Shown here one piece after another: positions 1 to 12,404 of a DNA stretch of 64,000 bases. The DNA lies in the NCBI GenBank assembly GCA_051362555.1, contig CM120649.1, forward strand, positions 2,666,001 to 2,730,000, given 5' to 3'. Under the pieces are notes generated by a model. The model was given only the letters and a program-made list of their open reading frames with translations. It was not told where the DNA came from and did no database searches. The position numbers and the translations under genes were made by a program. Position 1 is the first letter of the stretch, and each line of letters begins with the position of its first letter. This DNA is from Lingula anatina. Taxonomy: Eukaryota; Animalia; Brachiopoda.

Positions 1-91
1 CCAGAGGCAGAAAATTGGGAATATAACTCTTACCAGCTGTTCTCCAAGCCCTTGCGCGTCCATCACATGTCACAACGCTTAAAGGCATAAT

Positions 92-420
92 AACTCTTTG
101 TATGAGACCTATATTTCACAATAAAAACCTTGTGAATAACTCATAGAAATATAATATATTCTGTTTTACCACAAAAACAGCAGTTATAGCTTTTATTCTG
201 ATATTTGAACTTGTCTTTAGACCACGTGACCTCCATTGATGTCTATACTTTGTTAAAATCTCTTAAGAGATTTTAACAAAAAACCAAACTTTTTAGAAAA
301 AAACCAGGGACTAACTTTGAATGTAAAAATGGATTCATTAACCATTGGTAAGTATGGGAAAATTGTTGTTTACTCCAGGAAAATTCATTTTTTGGCCGAA
401 ACGAAGAGTTATTATTGCTT
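92..420 (+). repeat. Interspersed repeat; second copy in opposite orientation in a UPF3 intron (~50745-51060)
   Basis: AACTCTTTGTATGAGACCTATATTTCACAATAAA...ACCACAAAAACAGCAGTTATAGC...GGGAAAATTGTTGTTTAC matches the reverse complement of ~50745-51060 collinearly. Confidence 0.75.
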
Positions 421-1584
421 TAACTTTCTTTCATTTGAGAATAGTTTCATTGCCCAGTTGTTATTTGGTGTCCGAGCCCGGTGTAACAAGAATGGTGGGC
501 CTCTAGGAACAAAAAGCTGTTCCCCATCACTTACATTCGTCCCATATACAAACCCCAATACTCCGACTGTCCCTAACCCTTTCTAAGCACATGGGAGCCC
601 GGTCTTTCATTCCTTGGACTTCCATTCCTGTCACATCGGTATATCATCTGACTCGACGTAGGCAGTTCCTACGTTTCCTACAGCCATCCTACCAATTAAA
701 ATAACGGCGATTGTGCCAAAGTTATCTGACGGTAAACTCAGAAATATGGTTTGCCCTATTCTGATTAAATGTTGCAGTCAAGTTCGAAAATGGCACGAAA
801 CTTTTTCTACGAGGAGGGCGTAAAACACCCTTTCTTCTATGGGTTGTTCTAGCATGTGAACCACACACTTCTTTTTATTCTTTTTATTCTTATAAAGGTT
901 ATAATAATTATTTATTTTAACACGAACAACCTGAGGGACAGCACAAACACCAGAATGCTCTGTGTCTCCTCTAACACATTTCAAAATCACCTTATCCAGT
1001 ATGTTCATCCGTTATCTGTATCTATTGATTTTTGAAGAGCACACACTGATGTTCATCAAATGTTTATAAATAAGGTGACCTATGGATGTGTTTTCCCAAT
1101 TTTATATATATTTAAACCTTATGGAAAAAACTGTAGTGCACACCATTTTAATGTTAGGAAACCAATATTTTGCTTTTCTGCACCTTAAATCATGTTATTT
1201 ATTGTTGTTGTTGTTGTTGTTGTTTTTTCATTGTTGGCTGTTATATTCTATTTGATTGATAAATATATTTTAAAGCACGATTTAACTGTTTACCACTGTG
1301 ATGTGGTATTTCAAAACAACTACAGAAACTCATTAAGTGGACGTGTGGATATCTTTTTTGCCTTGAGTGTATAAAACACATAGCCGGTGATGGTTTTCAT
1401 ATTACTTGCTAACCTGAATTTGACTATGAAATACACAAGATAGCTTTCCCTTATGCATATAGGCCTACCTTCCAGCTATACGCCCTGACATTTGCACTAA
1501 GCTTTTTTAATGCTTGGACAATGACCGTATAAATTCATAGCATTTGCCTGCAATGGTGAGCATTAAAATACTAAGTGGAGAATA

Positions 1585-2574
1585 ATGAAACGAGAGAGAC
1601 TGCTGTTTGTCTTCTTCACAATAAAAGCAACTTTGTTACTTTTATTTGTAACTTCCATCATCAAGGAGGAAAGGGTCGAGAATTGCACATCCAAAAAGGA
1701 AAGTGAATGTTTAGTTCCAGCGTCAGTATGTGAGGAAAAACTACAGAAGAAACCATACCTGTGGTATCATATCAAAAGGTACCCGTACATTTTTGGTGCC
1801 CCTTGCAGCGTTGACGAGGAACCGTTTTTGCTGGTCCTAGTTTTATCTGATCCTCGAGATTTTCAGTCCAGACTGACGTTTAGAAAAACGTGTGGAAGCG
1901 TTCCGGAATACATGGGACAATCAATTAAAACCGTCTTCATTGTAGGGAATTCAAAATTGCCACACGTTGAGAAAAAAATTGCAAAGGAAAGCCACCAGTT
2001 TGGAGATCTTATTAAAATCGATTTTGTTGACACGTACAAGAATTACACATTGAAAGCTATTCTCGCTCTTCGTTGGGTAGAAGAGTACTGTCCTAGGACG
2101 CATTTTACCCTAAAATGTGGACATGACGTCTCCGTTAACTATAAAGGTCTCATACGGTTTCTGACAAGACGTCCGGCAGAAAGATCTGGGGATCTATTTG
2201 TTGGTTTTAAATATATAAATGCCCCTGTGGAGCGCAATCCACGTAGTAAGCACTTCCAGACCCGAGAAGAATTCAGTGACAGCAAATACCCACCTTTTGT
2301 GGCTGGATTCGCGTCACTTCTTTCGTATGACGTCATCACACTTCTTCACGCAGCGTCACTATGGAAACACCTTTTCATAGAAGACATCTTTTTATCTGTG
2401 CTGGCACATGAAAATCACGTCAGACTTGAACATAATTCGGACTTTGTGAATGAACCAAGGAGTCTTAACTTCAGTGACTCGTGTTTTGTGCGAAATATCT
2501 TGGCAATTCACAAAAAACCTAATGCGGAGATATGTGATTTTTATAAAGACGTAGATACAGTCTGCAAACATTAA
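1585..2574 (+). CDS. GT31 / beta-1,3-galactosyltransferase-like type II membrane protein, copy 1 (329 aa, intronless)
   Basis: N-terminal hydrophobic anchor; GT31 blocks FLLVLVLS, RLTFRKTCG, FGDLIKIDFVDTYKNYTLK, LRWVEEYCP, YPPFVAG..LLSYD, EDIFL; DxD position reads GHD. Confidence 0.9.
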   Translation: MKRERLLFVFFTIKATLLLLFVTSIIKEERVENCTSKKESECLVPASVCEEKLQKKPYLWYHIKRYPYIFGAPCSVDEEPFLLVLVLSDPRDFQSRLTFRKTCGSVPEYMGQSIKTVFIVGNSKLPHVEKKIAKESHQFGDLIKIDFVDTYKNYTLKAILALRWVEEYCPRTHFTLKCGHDVSVNYKGLIRFLTRRPAERSGDLFVGFKYINAPVERNPRSKHFQTREEFSDSKYPPFVAGFASLLSYDVITLLHAASLWKHLFIEDIFLSVLAHENHVRLEHNSDFVNEPRSLNFSDSCFVRNILAIHKKPNAEICDFYKDVDTVCKH

Positions 2575-2582
2575 AATACTGA

Positions 2583-2730
2583 GAATGAACCAGGACGTCG
2601 TAAAATCGGCTACCCACGTCGCGTGCAAAATTTGCTGACAGTTCATAAACAACCTAATGCCAAGGCTTGTGGCCTTTTTAATGTTAATAGTTAAAACTAC
2701 AAGCCACAGGCATGAAAAACACAGTAATCA
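2583..2730 (+). pseudogene. Degenerate tandem duplicate of the GT31 C-terminal coding end, just after the copy 1 stop
   Basis: GAATGAACCAGGACGTCG...GTTCATAAACAACCTAATGC...CATGAAAAACACAGTAAT aligns with the copy 7 end (30723-30867). Confidence 0.75.
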
Positions 2731-3205
2731 TTAACGCCGTTTTGCTTAATTCGATAAATAATTTTTGTGACCAGATTTTTGTTAATGACTCTTTCTTGTT
2801 AATGAGATAAACTGTTCATACACCACCATCAGTAACACCACGTGGATGTATCAGAGGGTTATTTTAGGTAGTAATTTAACAAAATAAGGTTCTAATCAGT
2901 GCTAAAATGTCAGATAAAACTACACTGCAGTATAATGGCATATAAACATAAGAGAGAGAGAAATCAAAGACAGGCGTGAGTTTTTTTTTAAAAATGGAAT
3001 GTAATTCCTTTACAAATCAGGGTCCAATATGTCTCGTGTACAGACATAGATGACGTGGCTGACAAATGAGACGTTTCTGCTCTGAGGTGCTCTATAGCAA
3101 GCATTACTATTAATGGTTTTAAGTTTGTTTTTCTGATATTATTATACTCATATCCAATCAATGTTAAGATGTCATGTAAAACTAGACAGCAGCAGTAGTG
3201 GCTTA

Positions 3206-3441
3206 GACACCATGACATTCCCATAGATTTAGATCTATTTATCTGGATCGACCTAACTCCTTGGGGGTTCACGAACAATTGCTGCCAGGTTCCGAGAGCC
3301 GAGCGCGCACAAAAGTTATTACCCCCTTACAGCTTTTAGTAGGCGGGACAGACATTTAAGCCGGTCAGGCTGACAACGGCGACAATCTAGTGAGACTCCC
3401 CACTGGGATAGATCGATCTAAAAATCTATGGGAATGCACTC
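3206..3441. mobile_element. MITE-like non-autonomous DNA transposon (same family as 11003-11266 and 20370-20633)
   Basis: Inverted ends CATTCCCATAGATTT / AAATCTATGGGAATG; interior is the reverse complement of the 11003 element; absent from the paralogous flank near 12060-12080. Confidence 0.7.
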
Positions 3442-4989
3442 ATATAAACATAAGAGACAGATCAATTAAAGACAAGATCGAGTGTAATCGTATTAATCAA
3501 GACTGGTGGTTATGAAATATCTGTAATTTTCAACAAAATCAATGAATGGTATATCTAGAAACGCGTTAGTTCAGAGTGTGTCTTCTGTTTGAATCAATGC
3601 ATTTCAACCATGTACACATCGTGGACTCGTGGTTCATCTGTTGCTTATCATATATTGGGGAGGGGTGAAATACCGGAGACAGATCACGTTTTCAATACAT
3701 GTCACCAAAAGGTGTATAATGTGAGCCAAGACGTAACACCCAGCTTGTTTTCTATTGTTTCGGCCGACCTTTTATAGTCTTGCATGTGTTATATTCACGT
3801 CCGATATTTTGTTCTCGACCTCCGCTTCGATTTCTTTTTTACAAAAATTTTCCCAAATATTTGTTTTCACCAGGATACAACAAATACGAAAATTTCATAT
3901 TATGGGGTACCTTTTTCAAATAAATAAATAATCTCTACGGGTAAGTAAAAATAGTCACTTTATTGGAATTCGCCCATTACCCACCAGACTTTGTCTTTGC
4001 CGGAATAATCATCTTCACAGTAACAGACAATACATTAACTTAAATATTTTGGCAGTTTGTGACAAATTGCATTGCAATTCTCAACATCGATAAAATATTG
4101 TCGGTACATTGAGAACCTATATACACTGCATTATATATATTATTTTCCCGACCACTTGTGGATCGCTTCTTATTAGTCTTCTGAAGAAATAGCTACTTGG
4201 TTGAAGTCCTCACATGCAAGATACAATCATTAAAATTTACTAATATATCAAAGACAAAATATCTACATCATGCCAACTTGGAATTTATATCAGTGAGACA
4301 AATTAAATCAAATCAAATCAAATTTGGGAAATAAAAGGAAAAAAGGTGGTAGCACTACGCCTACACATCATTGGATGCGTTAGGCGGTCTGCTATAAATA
4401 CTGCGTTGGCACAACTAATGCAGCAGGTCTTTAAAATCGCCTTTCCAATTTTCAGAAGTGCTCCATTTTTAGATATGCAAATTAGGTGAGTAATTATGTT
4501 GCATATTACTTAAACAAAATAACTGGCTGCCCCACTTTAATATCATGGTCTGCCTATTATCTATTGCATTTATAAGAACTCCCTGCACAGGTAGCAATGG
4601 GTTTCCTTCGAACACTTTTAAATATCTATATATTTATAAAGAATTTTATGTATATTTATAAGAATTTTAAAATGAAATATAAGTCTTTACTGTGTATCAA
4701 TGATTAGTTGAATACTGTAAATTACAAAAGAATCCACGTGTAAATTCAATCTCCCTCTCTAAAATACCATAATGTAAAATTATCTTCAAGTTTGCCATTT
4801 CACTACAGAAAATACAAAATGGCACCAGCAATGGTTCTTGCAACTCTTCTTCGTCTATTTAAGTGATTTCCGTCTGGGAACCCTGGTGTGAGTTCCCGGA
4901 GCATGGATCCTTCTTTGAACAGTTCTTTTGCTAACATAAACCTGCAAAGCTAAGTCGGTACACGGTTCAAATCACTAAAGCTTTGACAG

Positions 4990-5200
4990 CATAAAAAGAC
5001 GCATGGCGTTGCTGGCACTAGTCGTGTTCGGGCGGCTACTTTGAGGTACTTTATGGGCAACACCAGTGTCCTCCATCCTTCTGCGAACAGTCTAACCAGA
5101 CACACCACATATGGCGGCTATCTGGAGGAACTATATCCGCCTCCATCAGAGAAACCTTCCCTTTTCTTCAGTCATTTCTGGGCAACCGTACCATCACCAT
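4990..5200 (-). mobile_element. Degenerate Tc1/mariner transposase N-terminal (HTH) remnant
   Basis: Minus-strand translation across stops and a frameshift: MVRLPRND*...IAAICGVSG*TVRRRMEDTGVAHKVPQSSRPNTTS, resembling the Tc1 pattern ETGxVxDRPRSGRPRxTT; by-eye similarity only. Confidence 0.4.
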
Positions 5201-5965
5201 GGTAGCAACTTGACAGCCAGCAGAGCGTTAAACCTTCGGTGCTGTAATGCTTCTTTCACTGCTGTGAACCTTTAATTTTTAATAGAATTCAAATACATTT
5301 TTAACGAGGAAACTGCATCAAAAAAAGTATGAAAGCTGTGTGCCACCATACGTATACCTTAAGGTTAAGTCAATGAAAATAATACACAACCAAACTACAT
5401 ATATCTAGAAAATATGGGTTTTATTTCTTTCTGGATTTCTGCACCAGACCTTCAGTCTGGGATACAGTGAACCATATTTTTCTGTTTTGTGTGAATTGAT
5501 GTATTGATATAAGCATTCTCACGCTTAGAACCAGTAAATAGATTTCTGATAATTTTCCTGATGAAGTAAATTTAACTGGGGATGCCTATGAAATAATGGT
5601 AAGAATGAAAATAAATGGAAATTGTACCTCGATATGCCGTGTTTATTTTGTGAAGGGGAAAAAAACATCGTCAAAAATAAAGAACTATTTCGTCACAATT
5701 TACAACTGTTTAAAACAATGAACTGGCTACAATAGTTATGTAAAATACATATCACAGTTTTTTTTTAAATAAAGAAATAAGCAAAGCGACGCATCCAAGA
5801 GAAACCCATCCCCTTTCACATGAAAGCATGCACCTGTATTGGAATCCAACACATACATGTAAGAATATTTTGATAGACTTTTAAAAAATATAACCCACAG
5901 TTTCCCAGCTGTATATACTATAGTTTAACGTTTTTTAACCTCTGAAAATAAGCATCCACAGTGTT

Positions 5966-6976
5966 TTAATGTTTGCAGGCTCTGTCTTTATTTTCATCAT
6001 TATAAAGGCCACAAATTTCCGCGTTAGGGTTTTTGTGAATTGCCAACATATTTCGCACACGACACCGATCACGGAAGTTAAGTCGCCCTGGTTCATTGAT
6101 AAAGGCCGAATTATGTTCAAGTGTGACATGATTTTCATGTGCCAGGACAGATAAAAAGGCGTCTTCCAAGAAAAGGTGTTGCCATAACGACGCTGCGTGA
6201 AGAAGTTTAATGACGTCATAGGAAAGAAGTGACGCGAATCCAGACACATAAGGTGGGTATTTGCTGTCACTGATCTCTTCTCGGGACTGGAAGTATTTAT
6301 GGCGTGGATTGCGAAGCACAGGGGCATTTACATATTTAAAACCAACAAATAGGTTTCCAGATTTTTCTGCCGGACGTCTTGTCAGAAACCGTATGACGCC
6401 TTGGTAGTTAACGGTGACGTCATGTCCACATTTCAGGACAAAACGCGTCCTAGGACAGTACTCTTCTACCCAGCGAAGAGCGAGAAGAGATTTCAATGTG
6501 TAATTTCTGTACGTGTCAACAAAATCGACTTTAATAAGATCCCCAAACTGGTGGTTTTCTTTTAGCATTCTTTTCTCCACATGTGATATTTTCGAGTTTC
6601 CTACAAAGAAGACGGTTTTAATTGATTGCTCCAAGTATTTCGAAATATTTCCACAAGTTGTTCTAAACGTCAGTCTGGACTGGAAGTCTCGAGGATCAGA
6701 TATAACTAGGACAAGAAGAAACAGTCCCTCGTCCAAGCTGCAAGGAGCACCAAAAATGTAAGGATACCTTTTGATATGATACCACAGGTATGGTTTCTTC
6801 TTTAGCTTTTCCTCACAAACTGGCGCTGGCACTAAACAACTGGGCTGTGTTTCTTCTCTGGACATGTGACGATGTTTCATATTTAGCATACAAGTGAAAG
6901 TTATCATCAGAATCAACAAAGCGGCGTGGGCTGTGAAGAAAACGAAAACCATCCTCTTTTTCGTCGTGAAATCCAT
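5966..6976 (-). CDS. GT31-like protein, copy 2 (336 aa; most divergent N-terminus)
   Basis: Same GT31 blocks (KCGHDVTVN, YPPYVSG, EDAFL) with a distinct TM/stem region. Confidence 0.9.
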   Translation of the reverse strand: MDFTTKKRMVFVFFTAHAALLILMITFTCMLNMKHRHMSREETQPSCLVPAPVCEEKLKKKPYLWYHIKRYPYIFGAPCSLDEGLFLLVLVISDPRDFQSRLTFRTTCGNISKYLEQSIKTVFFVGNSKISHVEKRMLKENHQFGDLIKVDFVDTYRNYTLKSLLALRWVEEYCPRTRFVLKCGHDVTVNYQGVIRFLTRRPAEKSGNLFVGFKYVNAPVLRNPRHKYFQSREEISDSKYPPYVSGFASLLSYDVIKLLHAASLWQHLFLEDAFLSVLAHENHVTLEHNSAFINEPGRLNFRDRCRVRNMLAIHKNPNAEICGLYNDENKDRACKH

Positions 6977-8619
6977 GGTAGTCAGCAGTCAAATTACACC
7001 TCAGAAGATCTTTGAGAAAGATAACTGTGTTGACACTTTCACCACGTGAGGGTTATGAATTATTACTCTCACAAAACTTAGCTTGAATAATGAAAAAACA
7101 GCTGCGAGAAATCGTTTAGACTACGATTTCATCGTGCATATGTTCGACTCTAGTGACATTGCAATACAGCCCCTCAGGCTATTTTAACTGATTATAAAAT
7201 CTCGTCGGGAGTCTCCAGATTTGGGGACATATCTCCTGCTCTCGAGCTCCCGCTTCAGAACTAGACTAAAATCCTCCAAATCTCTCAGACCTTCTCTCTA
7301 TCATTCTGTTAGAACGTGCGGTGAATTTATTCATGAAAATGTACTTTCACACAGTTGCTTTCTTAGTTTCATCGCTGGGGGGTATTTCAATCAAATAGGG
7401 GAGACCTGGGCTAGTTGGACCCCGGGGTAAGTCCCCCCCCCCCCCATCAACTTATGAAAAAGTAACTATGGGGTAAAAAAAATTGATCACATCATTTGGT
7501 AAGTGACCGTATCCAATAGTGCTAAGAAATCGACGGTCGTAAAGAAGTTTTATTTAGGCAGTGAGTCCAAAGGAAAGAATTTAGCATCTTAAGGTAACTT
7601 TTGATTAAGGCTGTCTCAGTGGGTTAGATTAATGCATTGGAACAGGTTCTATGTAAAACTTTGATCAGATTTGTGTTTTAGGAGATTGTTTATGATTATC
7701 TTAATCAGTTTGGGTCAAAATAAGACCTGCTAAAACAAGTAGAATAAGAAATTAGGAAACGAAAACTATTTATCATGATTCCGGAGCACAGCCGGAAGTA
7801 CTTTCGGCGCAAGGTCATGACCTGGATTTTCCCACGCTCACGACCAATCACAGCAGGGTTCAGTCAGAATGAGATTGACGTCACGATGCAAGGCCAGTTT
7901 GTCAGAAAAGTTGTAAAACTTCTCTTATATAGTATATTCTAAATCAGCTGTCTGTACAAAACTAACTTCAAAAGTGAGGCAAATCGGAATTATGTTCAGA
8001 TAACGTCGCTAACCATAAAAGTAATTCCCACATGTATCTTGTAAGTACACGTACCGATCAAAAACAGAAAACATAAAGCCCAAAACGCTCTTATACATGT
8101 GACCAACTTTGTATGAGCAGAAATATCGTCATGTATTGTGAACAGGCTTATATGATTGTCATACATACTTGAGACCTGTGAAGCGCATACCCACGTGTCG
8201 AGGAGAAGTTTTGCCAGAGCCTCGTATGTAACACGAAGTTCTCCATATACAAATTGGCCACAGTTGGAGTGACTGGGCTGCCCATGGCTGCTCCATGTTT
8301 CTGCTTATGGAATTTTATAGATAAAGTATGTGGTGTTCAATACAATATCTAATAGCTCTGCCATATCATCTACTGACAGATTAGTACTTTCCGACATTTA
8401 TAAGAGGGTCCTGGCCGCTGTGCCACCTAGCGGTCAGAGAAAAACAACATCTCACGTCATTCCGATGAAGACCAACATCCATGTTGGCCGTAAGCTAACG
8501 GCATGAAAGATTTGCGGCTTGTATTTGATGATTTTCATTTATGATCCAACTACCGAGCTAATGAACAATTACGGAGTATCCTCATTACGGGACGAATCCT
8601 AGCGTGTGAACAGGACACC

Positions 8620-8674
8620 TTTCTTCTATTTCTTCTTCTTCTTCTTTTTCTTCTTCTTCTTCTTCTTCTTCTTC

Positions 8675-8718
<44 letters not shown>

Positions 8719-8750
8719 AGTGTTATTTATTTATTTATCTATTTATTTAA
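8620..8750. repeat. Compound microsatellite (CTT)n(ATT)n(ATTT)n
   Basis: Direct reading; homologous shorter tract at ~29100-29210. Confidence 0.9.
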
Positions 8751-9460
8751 ATATACACGAGAAATCTCCCCCTCCCCCATCAAGAGGGACAGCACAACAC
8801 CAGAATGCTCAGTGTCTCCTCTAACACAATGAAGTGACACTCCATCCAATATCTTCATCCATCAATAGAGACAGCACAACACCAGAATGCTCAGTATTTC
8901 CTCTAACACAATGCAATAACACTCCATCCAATATCTTCATCCATTAAACTGTATCTATTGACTTACGCTATTTATTAATATGGTGACATTCAGGGGTGTC
9001 TTATAGGCATTTTAGCCATTTGTAAATCATTGTACACACCAGATTGAAAAGTACGAAAATCATTATTTTGCTTTTTTTCACCTAAAATCATATTCATTTA
9101 TTCATTTATTGTTGTTGTTTTCATTATTGATTTTCATATTTTATTTCTTTATTTTCTTTGATTGTCATCATTTTTTAAAAAGCACGATTTGAAAATGTTT
9201 AGTGTGACACTTCAAAACAACAACAAAAACTCGTTAAATTGGACATGTGACAACATTATTGGCCAGGCGTAAAAATAATACATAGCCAGTGATGGTATTC
9301 ATAGTATTATCTAACTAGAATTGAACTATGCATACAGGCCTACCTTCCAGCTATGCGCCTTGTTATTGGCACTATGCTTATTTTAGTGCTTTGCAATTGA
9401 CCATATAAATTCATAGAGTTTGTCTGCTAGGACGAGGATTATATAACCAAGTGGAGAATA

Positions 9461-9529
9461 ATGAAACGAGATAGGCCGATGTTTGCTTTCTTCACAATTC
9501 AAGCAACTTTGTTGCTTTTCTTCACCTAA
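9461..9529 (+). pseudogene. Truncated GT31 5' fragment (22 codons then stop) from a local duplication of upstream region plus start
   Basis: ATGAAACGAGATAGGCCG... = MKRDRPMFAFFTIQATLLLFFT*; ~9065-9520 repeats as ~9510-9940. Confidence 0.8.
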
Positions 9530-9881
9530 TATCATATTCATTTATTTATTTATTGTTGTTGTTTTCATTGTTGATTTTAATATTTTATTTCTTTATTTTA
9601 TTTGATTGTCATCATTTTTTTAAAGCACGATTTGAAAAATGTTTACTGTGACACTTCAAAACAACACCAACATTTCATTAAATTGGACATGTGACAACAT
9701 TATTGGCCAGGCCTCTTTATAATACATACCCAATGATGGTATTCATAATGTTAACCAACCAGACCTTCCAGCTATATGCATTCACATTGACACTATGCTT
9801 ATAGTAATGTTTCGCCATTGACCATATAAATTCATAGCATTTGCCTGCAAGGGTGAGGATTATATAACCAAGTGGAGAATT

Positions 9882-10840
9882 ATGAAACGAGATAGACTGA
9901 TGTTTGCTTTCTTCACAATTCAAGCAACTTCGTTGCTTTTATCTATAACTTCCATCATCAAGGAGGATAGGGTCAAGAATTGCACACCCAAAAAGGAAAG
10001 CGAATGTTTAGTTCCAGAGTCAGTGTGTGAGGAAAAGCTACAGAAGAAACCATACCTGTGGTATCATATCAAAAAATATCCGTACATTTTTGGTGCCCCT
10101 TGCAGCGTGGACAAGGAACCGTTTTTGCTCGTCCTAGTTATATCTGATCCTCGAGATTTCCAGTCCAGACTGACATTTAGAAAAACTTGTGGAAGTGTCC
10201 AGAAATACTTGGGGCAATCAATTAAAACCGTCTTCTTTGTAGGAAATTCAAATTTGCCACACGTGGGGGAAAAAATCGTAAAGGAAAGCGAGCAGTTTGG
10301 AGATCTAATTAAAGTGGATTTTGTTGATTCGTACAAGAATTATACATTGAAAGCTATTCTCGCCCTTCGCTGGGTAGCAGAGTATTGTCCTAGGACGCGT
10401 TTTGTCCTGAAATGTGGACATGACGTCACCGTTAACTATAGAGGCGTCATAAGGTATCTGACAAGACATCCGGCAGAAAAATCTGGAAATCTATTTGTTG
10501 GTTTTAAATATGTAAATGCCCCTGTGGAACGCAGTCCACGTAGTAAGCACTTCCAGACCCTAGAGGAATTCAGTGACAGCAAATATCCGCCTTATGTGGC
10601 GTCATCAAACTACTTAACGCAGCTTCGTTATGGAAACACCTTTTCATGGAGGACGTCTTTTTATCTGTCCTGGCACATGAAAATCACATAAGTCTTGAAC
10701 TTAATTCGGCCTTTGTGAATGAACCAGGACGTCTTTACTTCAGTGATCTGTGCCGTGTGCGAAATATGTTGGCAATTCACAAAAAACCTAATACGGAGAT
10801 TTGTGACCTTTATAAAAGCGTAGATAAACCCTGCTATTAA
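9882..10840 (+). pseudogene. GT31-like copy 3, frameshifted by a 28-bp deletion at ~10600
   Basis: Lacks TGGATTCGCGTCACTTCTTTCGTATGAC relative to copy 5 (959 vs 987 bp ATG to stop); ORF splits into 9882-10691 and 10646-10840, so the EDVFL block is out of frame. Confidence 0.85.
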
Positions 10841-11002
10841 AATACTCTGAATGCACCAGGACGTCATATATTCAGTTACCCCCGTCGTCTATTGTCTACA
10901 TCAGTGTTATCGCCGTCGCTGGCGTCGCCGTGCATGTGAATGTATAAGAGGTGGAATTTGTTGAGATGAACTGTACGATTTGAAACAGATGTGTGTGTCT
11001 TA

Positions 11003-11266
11003 GGGCGCATTCCCATAGATTTTAGATCGATCTATCCGCGTGGGGAGTAATCTAGTGAGACTCCCCACGGGGATAGATCGATCTATCCCCGTGAGGAGTC
11101 TCACTAGATTACTGTCAGGTAATCCGGCTTAAATGTCCGTCCCGCCTACTACAAGCTGTAAGGGGGTAATTAACTTTCGTTCCCGCTCGGCTGACAGCTA
11201 TTTAGTGTGAACCCCCAGGGAGTTAGGTCGATCTAGTTGGATCGATCTAATCTCGGAGATGGGGTC
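11003..11266. mobile_element. MITE, PIF/Harbinger-like, with internal palindromes
   Basis: TTA on both flanks; homologous to 3206-3441; duplicate at 20370-20633. Confidence 0.65.
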
Positions 11267-11334
11267 TTAGGTAGACCAGTGATTATAATTAGCCTCTCAC
11301 CAATCGGCCATAAAAGCATAAAATTCTTAACAAT

Positions 11335-11720
11335 TAAAAGATGAGATAAGAGATAAGATAAGAGTTTATTTAGCCGATTATAAAAACCGGAAACTATTTT
11401 CCTTTTGGAGCAAGTTTGATAATATACAGTGTAAAAGTAATACAATAGATTAATGAAGAATACTTGAGATCAAATGTAACTGCGTTACTGCACTTGGATA
11501 AAAGCTGTTTAAAAGCGTTTGCTGCCTTTAAAAGTTAAGAGTCTACTATGGCTTGGTGAAAAAAGTAAAAATTGATGATGCAGGATGAGAAGAGAGTCTT
11601 CCATGGTGTTTACAGTTCTTTTCTCAATTCTGTCTTTAAAAATGTCATCCAGCTTGGGGAGATCATGCCTGATAAAGTTTAAGCAAATGTGTATCATTTA
11701 CTTGTGTAACTATAAATTTT
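11335..11720 (-). mobile_element. Decayed 3' end of a Rex1/Babar-like LINE
   Basis: Minus strand encodes ...SHSRLLTFKGSKRF and ends in AATAAAC(TCTTA)n, as in the copy at 37145-37582. Confidence 0.65.
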
Positions 11721-12404
11721 AGCTCAAACAACGAGGCACAAACAGGATTTATTACCGTTGCTTCGACATTAGTCTGGAATATTAACAAACATGTATAGCC
11801 ATAAATGACGCGGGTGACAAATTAAGCCACTCAACCAAGCATTCCAACTCGCCAGAGAAAGAAAACTCAAACTGTTTCTCCCCTCGACACCCTAACGGGT
11901 ATAAGAAGGATGACAAAAGAAGAAAGAAGACAAATTGGGTGTTTCTGGGAGGTCTGAGGTGCTCTATGGCAAACACTACTACTTATGATATTAACAATGT
12001 TTTTTAAATTTTTTATCATGTTCATATCCAGTCAACGCTTAGGTGTCAGGTAAAACTATATACAGCATTACTGGCATATAAACATAACAGAAAGATAAAT
12101 CAAAGGACGGGGTTATATGGTATGTAAACAAGACTGGCGGTTATGTAATTTTTTTTAATTTTAACAAGACAATAAATGGTTTGTCTAGAATCATGTTCGA
12201 TTAATACTGGTTTTCCCGTTTTCATCACTTAAACTATACACTCATTGTCGACACGATGTTTTTTTTTGGTGGAGGGGTGAAAACCGGCAGACGGGTCACA
12301 AAATGTTTTCAATACAAGTCAGCGAAAGGTGTATGATGCGTGTATCACGTGATCCGGACGTCACACCCAGCTTGTTTCGGCCGACCTTTTCTGATTCAGT
12401 CTGT

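Noticed and set aside
5935-6761. Alternative-frame and antisense ORFs over GT31 genes (also 10064, 17103, 19403, 26337, 30132)
   Set aside because: Shadows of the real CDS, repeated only because the genes are paralogous
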